Shown here: positions 1 to 10,324 of the stretch, piece after piece
Layout of the letters: each line of letters starts with the position of its first letter
Position numbering within the stretch: the stretch's first letter is position 1
Translations under genes and position numbers: made by a program
NCBI GenBank assembly: GCA_032718475.1
Contig: JAUCBJ010007786.1
Location: forward strand, 1-57,311
Length of the DNA stretch: 57,311 bases
Reading direction: 5' to 3'
Source of the DNA: Nemertoderma westbladi
Taxonomy: Eukaryota; Animalia; Xenacoelomorpha
The notes under the pieces: model-generated
Told to the model about the DNA's origin: nothing
What the model saw: only the letters and a program-made list of their open reading frames with translations
Databases searched by the model: none

Positions 1-1417
1 TATCAGTTATCCCACAAAAGCTTTTACAGAGGTCGCAATTCCACTTCCAAAAATAATGATTTAAAACCGATTTAAGTGATGTTGGAGCGGTTTTACAACT
101 TTGTCGATGTAGGATAAATATTCCTCGTTGAGGAATATTTATTTTCTTTAAATGATTGCGCCATCGCGTTTTTCATGATTCATCTCGCCAAGTAACCAAC
201 TAATTATCCTTTACCTACACTAATCCATCGCGGATCATGCAATAATCCATTGGATCAAACTTCCTTAATTAGCTTCTCAGGAGGGAAGTGATTAGTTTTG
301 TTTTGGTAATTGGCCTATTTGTGCCTTCACAATTACGGATATGCTGTCAATGGTACAGTAGTCTTATTTGTTTAGCAATCTCAATAATCTGTATATATTG
401 TATTGCAGTTTAGGAATACTTTTTGTGTGGTAATAAAATAATTAACACTGTTCTGGAGACGACACAGGACACTTTGTTACACCATAGGCTAACCTGTATT
501 AGAAACACTGGTGTAATAAGGCAGCGGCCATTTTTTCAAATATTATTATTTATTATGTAGTTATAATGATTATACAATGTACTGTAGGAGGAAGAAGACA
601 CGTTCGTGGGGCCTTCGCGCAGCACGAGGCGCAGTTATTAGACACAAATTAAGATTGAACGATATTATCACAAAAACCGTATTTAAGAAATTTACCGCTA
701 ATTAATCAAAGAAATGTGGAAGTCTCTTTTTAAACTGTTAAATTTTTCCTTTGGTTTGGTAATTCTGAAGCTATACTGGTTTTCAAGGTCGCTGATCACG
801 ATACAACTCGTTAAAAATCATTCGTGGTAAAGCAATTATCATTTATGGTGCTTTCTGGTGGGACGTAAAATACAAGTAGCATAAAATTTCAAACGACAAA
901 AAGCGAATTTGGTTGGATAATACGATATATTTGAGTTTTGTAATCGTGATCAGCATCCTAAGTAACCTCTAAATACCGCAATTAAATGAATTTTAGTTAA
1001 TTATAAATTCTTTTGAAAATTTTAGCACGAAAAATCCTGCAGATGGGTGGCAGAAAGGGACCACAGCACGAAAACTAACATAGCCATGTAAATGGTTTTT
1101 GCTCTGTTGGGTAGCCCATTAAATTATAGGAAAAGTCACTAAGGCCCGATGGACACAATGAGCTTTCATCGTTCTTCTTTCATCATTTCTAAGTTTAGAA
1201 AACACTGCCGTCTATGGAGACATTCACACAAAGTCTTCAATTTTTCAATTGGGTTGGGTGGGGGGATAGTGTAGCAGTAGCATTCTGGGATAGAAGACTC
1301 TGAGATGCAATAAATGGTAGCGACTGTAATAAAAGATACGTGGTGAAATATAAAAAGTGGACATGGGCCTAACTACAGGGATATTAACAGGTGTGATTTA
1401 TACGCTGACGAAAATGC

Positions 1418-1919
1418 TTTTTTTTAATTTGAGTGTTTTAATTTAGATGATAGTGCGTTCCAAATTGAATAATTCATGGATGCTTTGTCGGAAGTTAGGC
1501 GGACCTTCGGAATAGAGAAACCATCGGTTAGGCGAGTAGCATGGCGAGTTGGGTATCTGTGTACAGAGGAATTTTTAGTGAATAATGAGCCTAAAGTCGA
1601 GTCAGGTTTAAATAGGTTAGCATTTATATCGTACATGAGGGATCCTACTTGGTGCTTATAGAGGAGGTCAATAGGTAGAATGCCGAGAGACTTATACTGT
1701 AGATAGGTTTAGAAGAAGCTCGGCAGTGCGAGAAAGTAATACAGCGGAGGAGTTTGTTTATTTTTATACGTAGGGGTTGTAGGGTAGAAGAATGGGTTTT
1801 GCCCCAGAGTAGAATGCCATATAATAAATAGGGGTGTACAGGTGAAAAATATAGTTGGCGAAGTATACGAAGGGGAAATATGTGGCGCAGTTTGTAGAAT
1901 ATTCCGGAGGTTCTATAGA
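1418..1919 (-). mobile_element. 3' fragment of a CR1/L2-like LINE (degenerate RT C-terminus) with A-tail
   Basis: Minus strand reads GIFYKLRHIFPLRILRQLY..VHPYLLYGILLWG, typical of a LINE ORF2 C-terminus. It resembles 31850-32030. The T-run at 1418-1425 is the tail. Confidence 0.7.
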
Positions 1920-3095
1920 TGTAAAAGCTTTTGCGTCATTAACCGGTTATTTTCCCTTAAAGTACTCTGTAGTTGGTTTGCCAGGCATAAAAAGGCCGTG
2001 TCCTTGCTGTACTGGTGTTTTAGAGGACATAAAAGTCATTTCTTATGTATTTGTACTGTATTTGTACTTTAGAGGACATAATCCACAATCTCGTGACGCG
2101 ATAAGCTAGATACTCTTGAAAACAGTGTCGCTACCATGACGATGGCTAACAGCTGATATTGCCACGTCGACGTTTCTTTGTTTCTTTGTTCTCTCGTTGT
2201 TCGGTTGACCAATCAGAGCGTTTGTTGTCTCTGTGTTGGAGGTGTATATAGAGGCTCAGTAGTTCAGTGTTATGTTTTTGCCCAGAGCCTAAGAACCGGC
2301 TTTTGGCACCTCCGTGTTTTCAGTTTTTAGTCTTACACTAGTAGGCTTAATTATAAGGACATATATCCGTTATCTAAACATAACATACCATACCTAATCA
2401 AACAACCTGTGCATACCTTTATATTGTTATACTGCTATTTACTGTCAGTTCTTCATAATATGGTTGATGAATTATTATATTTGGAATAACGATAAATAAC
2501 CCCGAAAACCCAATATTCTTGATATACCGAAGGTAAGAGAGAAAGGTTACATATAACGATTGTGACTTATGTTAAAGTGGTTTGAAGTGAATCTAATGTT
2601 ATTTGATAGACCCTACATGATTCGGTCCGTGTTCCTTTTATATGTGACTAAAATCAGTGAAGATCGGCAGATCAGTGTGCAGTATTGTGCAGCATTGTGT
2701 ATGAGTGAGACTGATAACGAAGCATTTCCTAAAGAATGCGCCATATATGTGAATTGTAACTAAGCCATATCGTTGTGAGTAGTTTAAGTCATAACTCTGT
2801 TTATATAGATAGAGCGCCACGTCCTAAAGGAACTGTTAATATTCCCCGAAGGTGAATAATATTGTCAGAGATTATATAATACTGTCAGTCGAATAATACA
2901 TTAGGCTTACATAGCAATACGATTAAGCCGTCGAACCCAATCTCCCGGGTATATCCAGCGGGTGAATGATCGCGCACCGATTGGTTTCGACTAGTGTAGT
3001 GAATCAAATACTTGTCAGAGGCTAAAAGTGATTTATTATCTAGAAGACATCCTAATTTGGCGGGTTAAACTGCCAAAGGTCTGAAAGCGCGAACA
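1920..3095 (+). repeat. 5' LTR (1176 bp)
   Basis: TGT...ACA ends with an imperfect terminal inverted repeat (TGTAAAAGCTTT / AAAGCGCGAACA). By eye about 6 substitutions and one 10-bp indel versus 13572-14757. Confidence 0.95.
2363..2373 (+). promoter_or_regulatory. Putative self-primer in the LTR (ATATCCGTTAT); candidate 5' end of the transcript
   Basis: Exact reverse complement of 3096-3106. The homologous site in the second element covaries with its own PBS. Confidence 0.75.
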
Positions 3096-3106
3096 ATAAC
3101 GGATAT
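3096..3106 (+). promoter_or_regulatory. Non-tRNA primer-binding site (ATAACGGATAT) abutting the 5' LTR
   Basis: No TGG (anti-CCA) after the LTR. Complementary to 2363-2373. Confidence 0.75.
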
Positions 3107-3454
3107 TGCTTCTGTATTGCAGTAGGCAATAAAGCTGAAAGTACCGGTCAACCGGTACACCTGTACGGTACATCTGTAGGTCAGTAGGCCCAACCGCCCG
3201 GACCGGTACCTGCCGCAGGTCCGTAGGTCCAACTGCCAGTATTATCCGGTACTTCTGATAATATAGATACCGGTAGGCCCAACTGTCCTAACCGGTACTT
3301 CCAGTATCAGGGACATGCAGTATTATTCGATTTTGATAATTATATACCGGTAGGCCTTAGTACTTAATCAGGGACGGCCGCCCTGGTTTTTTATTGAGAT
3401 TTTACTTATTTCTGTCAAGTTTTATTTGTTTGTAGGCCAGTATTGAACAGAAGG

Positions 3455-4035
3455 CGTGTAAGCCTGATCAGATTGTACAGACAATTTGTAGGCTGAGCTG
3501 TTGTCTGATTGTTGTTAAGTCTGAACGGATTGCAGTGTGTGTAGATCATCTGTCCGATAAAGAACGGTTAGGAAGTAGGGGCAGCCAATGCTGTAAGGTA
3601 AACCCCCAACTAAAGAATAAGTCGTACTACTGGGTTAGAACGCATACTACCTAATCATTTCGGAGTCTGCATGTCCTGTAGTTTATTTAGGCTTGAGAGT
3701 AGTCTGCCATCGTTTAGTCTGTACTTTGTTTGTGTAAGTCTGTACAGGTAGCGTATAATATTTATTTAGATAATTTGTAGGCTGGATAGTTGTCTGGCTG
3801 TTATTAGGTCTGAACGGATTGCAGTGCGTGTAGAGCCCCTGTCCGATAAAGAACGGTTAGGAAGTAGGGGCAGCCAAAGCTGTAAGGTAAACCCCCAACT
3901 AAAGAATAAGTCGTACTACTGGGTTAGAACGCATACTACCTAATCATTTCGGAGTCTGCATGTCCTGTAGTTTATTTAGGCTTGATAGTAGTCTGTCAGT
4001 GTTTGGTCTGCATTTTGTTTGAGTGGTTTGTACGC
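3455..4035 (+). repeat. Two tandem ~289-bp units in the 5' leader, each able to fold into a long G-U-rich stem
   Basis: TGTAGGCTG at 3487 and 3776. Also present in the second element (~56045-56625). Confidence 0.85.
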
Positions 4036-5370
4036 GTAGCGTAATATTTATTATTCAGAGTTTATGCGATTATTCGCAACATTCATTCCCCAAGTTTGTT
4101 CCTACAATAATTGTGTTTGTTATACATACCGCTATAGTTAAATTAACCCCGGTACTACACGGGCTGCTTGGCGTAGGTAAAGACTGGTGATTTTGTGCAC
4201 CGGTCACTCCAGCAGATGCCGTGGTTCTTTTAGCTGTTCAAGTATATTTAACTACTGATTATATGTTGTACAAGTACTCGTACCTAATTTAGGGTTTAGT
4301 GTACAGTGCTTTCCGAGAGTAATTAGTGTAGGCATTATATTTGTGTTGTAAAGTGGTTGATAGGCACTTTCGATTAGCTCTATTAACTTCTAGGTAGGAA
4401 CACTCCGTGATACATAACGTAGTACCTATAGCGATACGGCTATAGGTCGTCAGGCGGTGGTATTTTCCTATCTGGACAACGCAGTGTATTTACTACTACG
4501 TATTATTTTCAAATACCGCAGTACCCTGTCCGTTGTAATAACCAGATACTAACCCTTTGTTAGGCTGGTTTGTAGACTTCTTGTAAAATTACCCTGAAAA
4601 TTTGTATTTTGTGTTTTTGTAAATTTTTGTGTTTATTTAGAGATTGTAATCTCACCCGAATTGTACGTAATTTGTAGTATTAAGTAACTTAGGTAAATTA
4701 GCATTATTTGTTTTAGTGTCCTATAAGTAACACTTCACTGAAAGCGCACCGCTTTGTGTAGTGATTACTCCCCAGAAATAATAACATTTATTTCAAACAT
4801 TGACAAAACCCATTAAAACGGGTATATATATATTATAAATCAAATCTAACGATTTATAAATAGTAGGCCTACCATACAACCATTAGGTCTCAATATCAGT
4901 TGGACTACTGCTCAAATAACGGTAATAAAGTAAGTAAAGTAACCAAGTAACCCTAAAATTCAGAAATTCAATTATTTAAAATAATTGATATACCGGTATT
5001 TACGATAGGCCTATTATCTTTATTTCTATAAATTTAGGCTGAAATTATACCGGTACTTTATAATTAATTCTAGTCCAGAATTATAATTATATATACTACA
5101 AAACTGTAAGCTGTATACCGGTATTCCAGATAGGCCTATTATATATTTATATATATTTGTGCTAAAATTATACCGGTATTCTGTGATAAACCTAGTCTGT
5201 AATAATAGTTATATATACTATAAGCATACCGGTATTCTAATATATTATATATATCACGCTACACTGAGTAGCAGTACCGGTAATTAATTACTAGGCTAGC
5301 AGTTAATACTGAGTTACTAGACTTGCTCAGACTGTAATACAGCAGTAGACATTCAACTGTACACATAAAC

Positions 5371-6369
5371 ATGTCTGATACTAAGCAGAACCTGTCAGAC
5401 AGTTTATTAGATGTAACGATCTGCGACTCAGATAGAGGCGTAGAACCGTCTAGTCGTAAGTTCAGTTCACCTCCCACTGTGAGGAAGGTCATCCCTCCTG
5501 TAGTAATAACAGAACCTAGGCTGGTCCAACATCGTAGGTCTATCATAGGCACTCGAGCTCAGGTCAAGCGGGACCAAGAAGCAGCAGAACAGCAACAACC
5601 CGCGAGCCAAGAACTTACTTCTCAACGGCCCAACAGCTCCAGTAGTGAGGATACTGTAGAACTGACACCAGAACGCGGAGCAAAGATGATGGATGCGGTT
5701 TATTCGGATCCCCTTCTCATCCTTCCTGCAGCCGTACTCACTAGGTTATTGATTGCGGTGGAAGAACACCAGATCGATTGGGCGAGAAGTCAGCGATCAA
5801 CTAGAGATAGTTATGCGGGATACACGAGGGAAGAACTGAAGTCTATTGTCGAGTCGCAATGGAACTTCCCCGGACCCGGACTCCCGTTTGATTTATCAGA
5901 AGCTGCCTGGGAAGACATACATCGGATGGGAGTAGCCAAAGAAACCATAGATCCCGCTGTGTGGAAGAGGTCCGCAGCCGGATACGCACAGGGATTCTTC
6001 AGCTCTATGGAGCGAGTAAAAGGACAACTGTTTCAACAACCACAAGGACCTCAAGAGCAGGGACAACTGCTTTATCAAGTTAGAGAAAGAATTCTACGAA
6101 TCAGGCTAATATTATCGGCCTTTGAGGAGGCTTCTAAACGAAGGCAAGACACGTCGTTGCAAGTTGCCGTAAAGACTTGGTTTCAAAGGGTGAGTCTCCA
6201 GGTTCAAGGAACAGCTCAGTGGAAAGCTCAGCTAGAGGAGCGCTCAACCCATGGAGAATCAACAGACGCTACTTTTTCCCAAGTGGAAAGTGAAGCGACG
6301 GCAGAGAAACCGCATAAGAGGGATGCCATTGACATCTATCTGTCAGACTATCAACGTTTTTTTAGGTGA
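5371..6369 (+). CDS. Retrotransposon ORF1 (probable N-terminal part of Gag, separated from ORF2 by a 1-nt shift in a T7 run)
   Basis: 332-aa ORF overlapping ORF2. Removing one T from 6357-6363 fuses the two (..DYQRFLGDDELRRR..). Confidence 0.7.
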   Translation: MSDTKQNLSDSLLDVTICDSDRGVEPSSRKFSSPPTVRKVIPPVVITEPRLVQHRRSIIGTRAQVKRDQEAAEQQQPASQELTSQRPNSSSSEDTVELTPERGAKMMDAVYSDPLLILPAAVLTRLLIAVEEHQIDWARSQRSTRDSYAGYTREELKSIVESQWNFPGPGLPFDLSEAAWEDIHRMGVAKETIDPAVWKRSAAGYAQGFFSSMERVKGQLFQQPQGPQEQGQLLYQVRERILRIRLILSAFEEASKRRQDTSLQVAVKTWFQRVSLQVQGTAQWKAQLEERSTHGESTDATFSQVESEATAEKPHKRDAIDIYLSDYQRFFR

Positions 6370-9300
6370 TGACGAGTTGAGGAGAAGGTTAGAGGGACTT
6401 AGCCCTAATAGTGAAGGAACCAAGCTTGTGTTGGATGCCATCGATGTGGAAATGAGGGCTGCGAACCAGGCTAAATTTGATGAACAACTCCGCATCACCA
6501 GAGTCCAAGAAGAACAAGTAAAGAAAAAACGTATAGAAGACAGAAAGGCAGCGGCAGTAGCAGCAGCAGTGGCAGCTGCAGAAGCAGAAAGAAAAGCGGC
6601 AGCGGCAGAGGCAGCGGCAGAGGCAAAAGTGGCAGCGGCAGAGGCAAAAGCGGCAGTAGCAGCAGCAAAGGCAGCGGCCGAAGCGGAAAGAAAAGCGGCG
6701 GAGGCAGTGGCAGAAGCAGAACGGAGAGCGGCTGAAGAAACCACCCAATTAGAATTGGAAAACATTCAGGAGAATCAAGACTGCATAAATAAACAGTTAA
6801 CAGCTAGTAATATGCAGATGATGAATCGATCTACTCCCAAAAGACAGGGATATACATCATCTGAGGAAGGCGATACCACCGATACTGAAGGCAAAGGAAA
6901 TAGATCTCGTCTAAGCACACGTAAAAGAACATTCCACCGTCAGAAATTGCCTGATTTGCCTCCAGCTGTTAGAAGGCAACTAAATAACACCAACTTAGGT
7001 AGTACAGAACCCACAGACCAAATAATTAAAATAGAAAGACTCCCTACTATAGTAGATGAGCCTGAAATAATTAGGCCTGTTCTTGAAATCACCCCTTCGG
7101 TGATAGACACACCTGTGCTCCCTGAAACTACCTCTAAATTCCCTCTGCATAGCACTAAGCTACCTGTGCCCAGTAGAACTGCCCAGGAGACAGTTCAGGT
7201 CCTGGACCCCGAGCGAAATATACATGATTTGTCGCCCGTTGTCCCTCGTCCGCCCGCTACAACGTTGGCGACTCCCGCTTCGGCGGTCGAATGGGTGGAC
7301 GAGAGACGACGGGGGATGGATCTCCTGCTCGGACAGATGCAGGAGACTGTTCGACAATTCAAAGGCACAGTAAGGGAAAGTAGGCTAGAGTTGCAAGAAG
7401 TGCAGCAAAGTATCGCGCTAGAACGCGATAAATTAGTAAATACCAAAAAGGGTATACCACCACCCTCTGTAACAATGTGTCAACCTGTTAGGTCTGAAGT
7501 ATTGCATGCGCAAGGTGTGGAGCCTACACGCATCTATACTGCTAGCGAAGTAGAAACTCCTATAGTGAACCCTATTAAGGGTAATTATAGACCTGTTGAT
7601 AATGATATTCCATATAGAACGGATCATAATCCGAGAAATTTATATACCGATAACTCGATATTAAATAACATGATGGCCCAAGAAAGTTTTACGCGTCAAA
7701 TGGCTAGAACCGAAGCCCGGCAAGCGGTAAAGGTGGGAGAGATCGTCAAGTTCAATGGAGATGAGATGAAATGGTTACCTTTTAATGAATATTACAAAGA
7801 TAACATACAGAACTCTGTGCTATCTAATGGAGAGAAACTTAGATTCCTCATCAAGTGCTTGGAAGGATCTCCCAAGTTAATGGCGTTAAAGTTTATTGGA
7901 CATCCAGACGGATTAAGACAAGTTTGGGATACACTAAACATCAGGTATGGTAATAGGAATAACATAGCTGGGTATTTGTATGCAAAGTTGGTAGCGCCCC
8001 GAAAGTTTATGAGCAGCGGGATTATAGAGTTTTCCGATGAGATTCAGGAGATCTGCAGACAATTAGATTGGCTAGGTAAGTCTCATGAGTATCAGAGTGC
8101 TATGGTTATTAGAGCAGTGGCTTCTACTTTACCGAAGGGTGGAGTAGGTACACGCTGGGATAAGAAAGTGTTATATATGATGGAACAACAACGACGAGAC
8201 CCTACCATGGCTGATCTCATGTCATTCCTAGATGGAGAAGTGAAATTACAGCTCCTGAAGCAGTCCAGAGAGAAGACACTGGAAAACAAGGTAAGTGAGA
8301 AACCCGTTTCTAGGAGAAGGGTAATACCAGTGTGTTATACAGACGACGGCGAAAGCCAGACTTCTCAAGGAGAGGATAGCGGGAAAGACACTGAAAGATC
8401 TTATTATGTCAATAAAACGCCTAAAGACCAGGTAAGTCAATTCAAGTCTCGAACCAATGACAGGAGAGAACAGGTAAGAAAAACTCCTCCTACGTCTCCC
8501 AAGAGAATTCAGGTGAGAAAGCCCGAGGAAAGAACGAATGTGCACCACACAGCACAGGTTAAAGTAAGTAATATCAAACCCAAATGTGTGCTGTGCGACG
8601 GGCCCCACCGCTTGAATATGTGCGATGAATTCTTAAAGAAATCATTAAAAGAGAGACGGGAAGTCATGTGGGATAAGCGGTTGTGTTATAATTGCCTCAG
8701 ACGAGGACACCAACGGCGAACCTGTTACTCCGACGCAAGGTGTGCAAAGTGCGGTGCAAAACATCATATCTTGTTGCACACTGAATTCGAACGAAGCAAC
8801 CCGAGTCAGGTAAGTGAGTCCGAACTACATGTCCAATTCAGTGATGTGAACGGCACTGATCAATCTGAGATGGAAGGATTCTATATGGACGAGTTCTCCG
8901 ACCAAAACGAATCCTGTTACTTAATAAACACCACCGCAGTGTATCGAGCACTCATGTATGAGAAAGACACAGACAGCGACCTCACCCTAACTACTTCAGA
9001 TCAACAACAATCTTGGAAAGCGCCAACTTCAAATGTAGGAATCCGAGAATTTCCTGTAGTCCAGTTACGGGTCCACGGACCTCAGAAGAGCTATATAGTG
9101 AACGCCCTCCTGGACTCCGGCAGCACAGGAACATTCATCGATAAAGAACTAGCCGAAGACATCTTTGCTGGACAACCCAAGTTCCGAACCAAGCTAAACA
9201 TGTCAGGGATCATGCAGGTTTGGAAATCTGCTGTGGCTGCCGACTATTATATAGGTGAGTTGTCCACTCCACAGGATAAACTAGGAGAACACAGTATAAG

Positions 9301-10324
9301 GTCAGTCAAAATGGTGGCAATAAAGAACTTCGCTACCACCCAAGTGGAACCTTATAATTGGGACGAAGATGATCATGCCCAACAACTTAACATTCCTAGA
9401 TTCGACACCGATTATCCTGGAGTACAAATATTAATCGGTCAAAACGCGCATGAGGCGCTGGAGACATTGGAGAAACGACCTGCTCAACCGCAACCACTTC
9501 AGACCTATGCGGTAAGAACTAGAGTAGGTTGGTACCTTACTGGACCTTCCCGAAGAACGCTCAGAGAAAGACTGCTTCAAGATCGCGTCTGCCAGGTGAG
9601 TGAATGGGAAGATGATACTAGTGAGGGAGACGACCCAACTGAGGGAACACCATACTCCTCAGATAATGACGATATTAGCTCCAATGTAGATCAATGGAAA
9701 TATTGCCCCAAGAAGTTTAATCCAACTGACATCGCTTCCAGAGGAGCAACTCCTCAAGAACTGACAGATACTACAGACCGGTTAGGTGAACCCGACTTCC
9801 TGAGTAAGGAGGGTGAATGGCCTCCCCATCTTACTCCGACTGAGATTAGACCAGTCAAGGGAGCGGAGAAAGTCAAACCTAAAACCCGGACGGGTGGATC
9901 GGAGTTATTTGAACCCGGGATAGATCTGTCGGTATTACATATTGCCAGGGACGACGCCGTGGATCTGGACCTCCCCACCGCGAATGGATCCTTCATGAAG
10001 ATCAGAGAGAGCGATTGGAGCTCTGGAACATCAGACGTCTCGCAGGGACTCTCACCTCTCCTGCAGGGAGCGACGGACCACTATAGCTCCTGGAATCGGC
10101 TTTGTAAGGCCGTCGTGTACCTAGAGCGATGTTTCTATCGTCACTATTCCAGGACGAAGAGGAAACCTGGAATTGTATTCAGGATGCAGCGACTCAATCA
10201 CCCAGTCGGTCGTTTGTGTTTACCGGAAGGGAATGGAGGACTCTCCGGAAACTGTGGAAGGCAAGATTCTCTTCCCACGACCACCTCCCTAATCCTTCAA
10301 ACATCTAGGGACTCCATAACGTAA
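6251..10324 (+). CDS. BEL/Pao Gag-protease polyprotein with in-frame loss of RT and most of RNase H; no integrase
   Basis: DUF1759-like FNGD..KW..F...Y...I....LS..EKL.FL..CL.G; knuckles CVLCDGPHRLNMC, CYNCLRRGHQRRTC, CAKCGAKHHILLH; protease ALLDSGSTGTFI..ILIG..TRVGWYLTG; RNase H tail QWKYCPKKFNPTDIASRG and YSSWNRL. No YVDD. Confidence 0.9.
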   Translation: MENQQTLLFPKWKVKRRQRNRIRGMPLTSICQTINVFLGDDELRRRLEGLSPNSEGTKLVLDAIDVEMRAANQAKFDEQLRITRVQEEQVKKKRIEDRKAAAVAAAVAAAEAERKAAAAEAAAEAKVAAAEAKAAVAAAKAAAEAERKAAEAVAEAERRAAEETTQLELENIQENQDCINKQLTASNMQMMNRSTPKRQGYTSSEEGDTTDTEGKGNRSRLSTRKRTFHRQKLPDLPPAVRRQLNNTNLGSTEPTDQIIKIERLPTIVDEPEIIRPVLEITPSVIDTPVLPETTSKFPLHSTKLPVPSRTAQETVQVLDPERNIHDLSPVVPRPPATTLATPASAVEWVDERRRGMDLLLGQMQETVRQFKGTVRESRLELQEVQQSIALERDKLVNTKKGIPPPSVTMCQPVRSEVLHAQGVEPTRIYTASEVETPIVNPIKGNYRPVDNDIPYRTDHNPRNLYTDNSILNNMMAQESFTRQMARTEARQAVKVGEIVKFNGDEMKWLPFNEYYKDNIQNSVLSNGEKLRFLIKCLEGSPKLMALKFIGHPDGLRQVWDTLNIRYGNRNNIAGYLYAKLVAPRKFMSSGIIEFSDEIQEICRQLDWLGKSHEYQSAMVIRAVASTLPKGGVGTRWDKKVLYMMEQQRRDPTMADLMSFLDGEVKLQLLKQSREKTLENKVSEKPVSRRRVIPVCYTDDGESQTSQGEDSGKDTERSYYVNKTPKDQVSQFKSRTNDRREQVRKTPPTSPKRIQVRKPEERTNVHHTAQVKVSNIKPKCVLCDGPHRLNMCDEFLKKSLKERREVMWDKRLCYNCLRRGHQRRTCYSDARCAKCGAKHHILLHTEFERSNPSQVSESELHVQFSDVNGTDQSEMEGFYMDEFSDQNESCYLINTTAVYRALMYEKDTDSDLTLTTSDQQQSWKAPTSNVGIREFPVVQLRVHGPQKSYIVNALLDSGSTGTFIDKELAEDIFAGQPKFRTKLNMSGIMQVWKSAVAADYYIGELSTPQDKLGEHSIRSVKMVAIKNFATTQVEPYNWDEDDHAQQLNIPRFDTDYPGVQILIGQNAHEALETLEKRPAQPQPLQTYAVRTRVGWYLTGPSRRTLRERLLQDRVCQVSEWEDDTSEGDDPTEGTPYSSDNDDISSNVDQWKYCPKKFNPTDIASRGATPQELTDTTDRLGEPDFLSKEGEWPPHLTPTEIRPVKGAEKVKPKTRTGGSELFEPGIDLSVLHIARDDAVDLDLPTANGSFMKIRESDWSSGTSDVSQGLSPLLQGATDHYSSWNRLCKAVVYLERCFYRHYSRTKRKPGIVFRMQRLNHPVGRLCLPEGNGGLSGNCGRQDSLPTTTSLILQTSRDSIT

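Noticed and set aside
588-635. Possible upstream astacin exon (EEEDTFVGPSRSTRR)
   Set aside because: An acceptor-like AG is present, but there is no convincing donor or diagnostic motif.
2351-2356. TTATAA as the LTR TATA box
   Set aside because: Only ~10 nt before the self-primer. If used at normal spacing, the TSS would fall past the primer, which conflicts with the covariation. Left unresolved pending TSS mapping.
6343-6765. Ala-rich and Cys-rich antisense ORFs
   Set aside because: Shadows of the Ala/Glu/Lys coiled-coil repeat in Gag.
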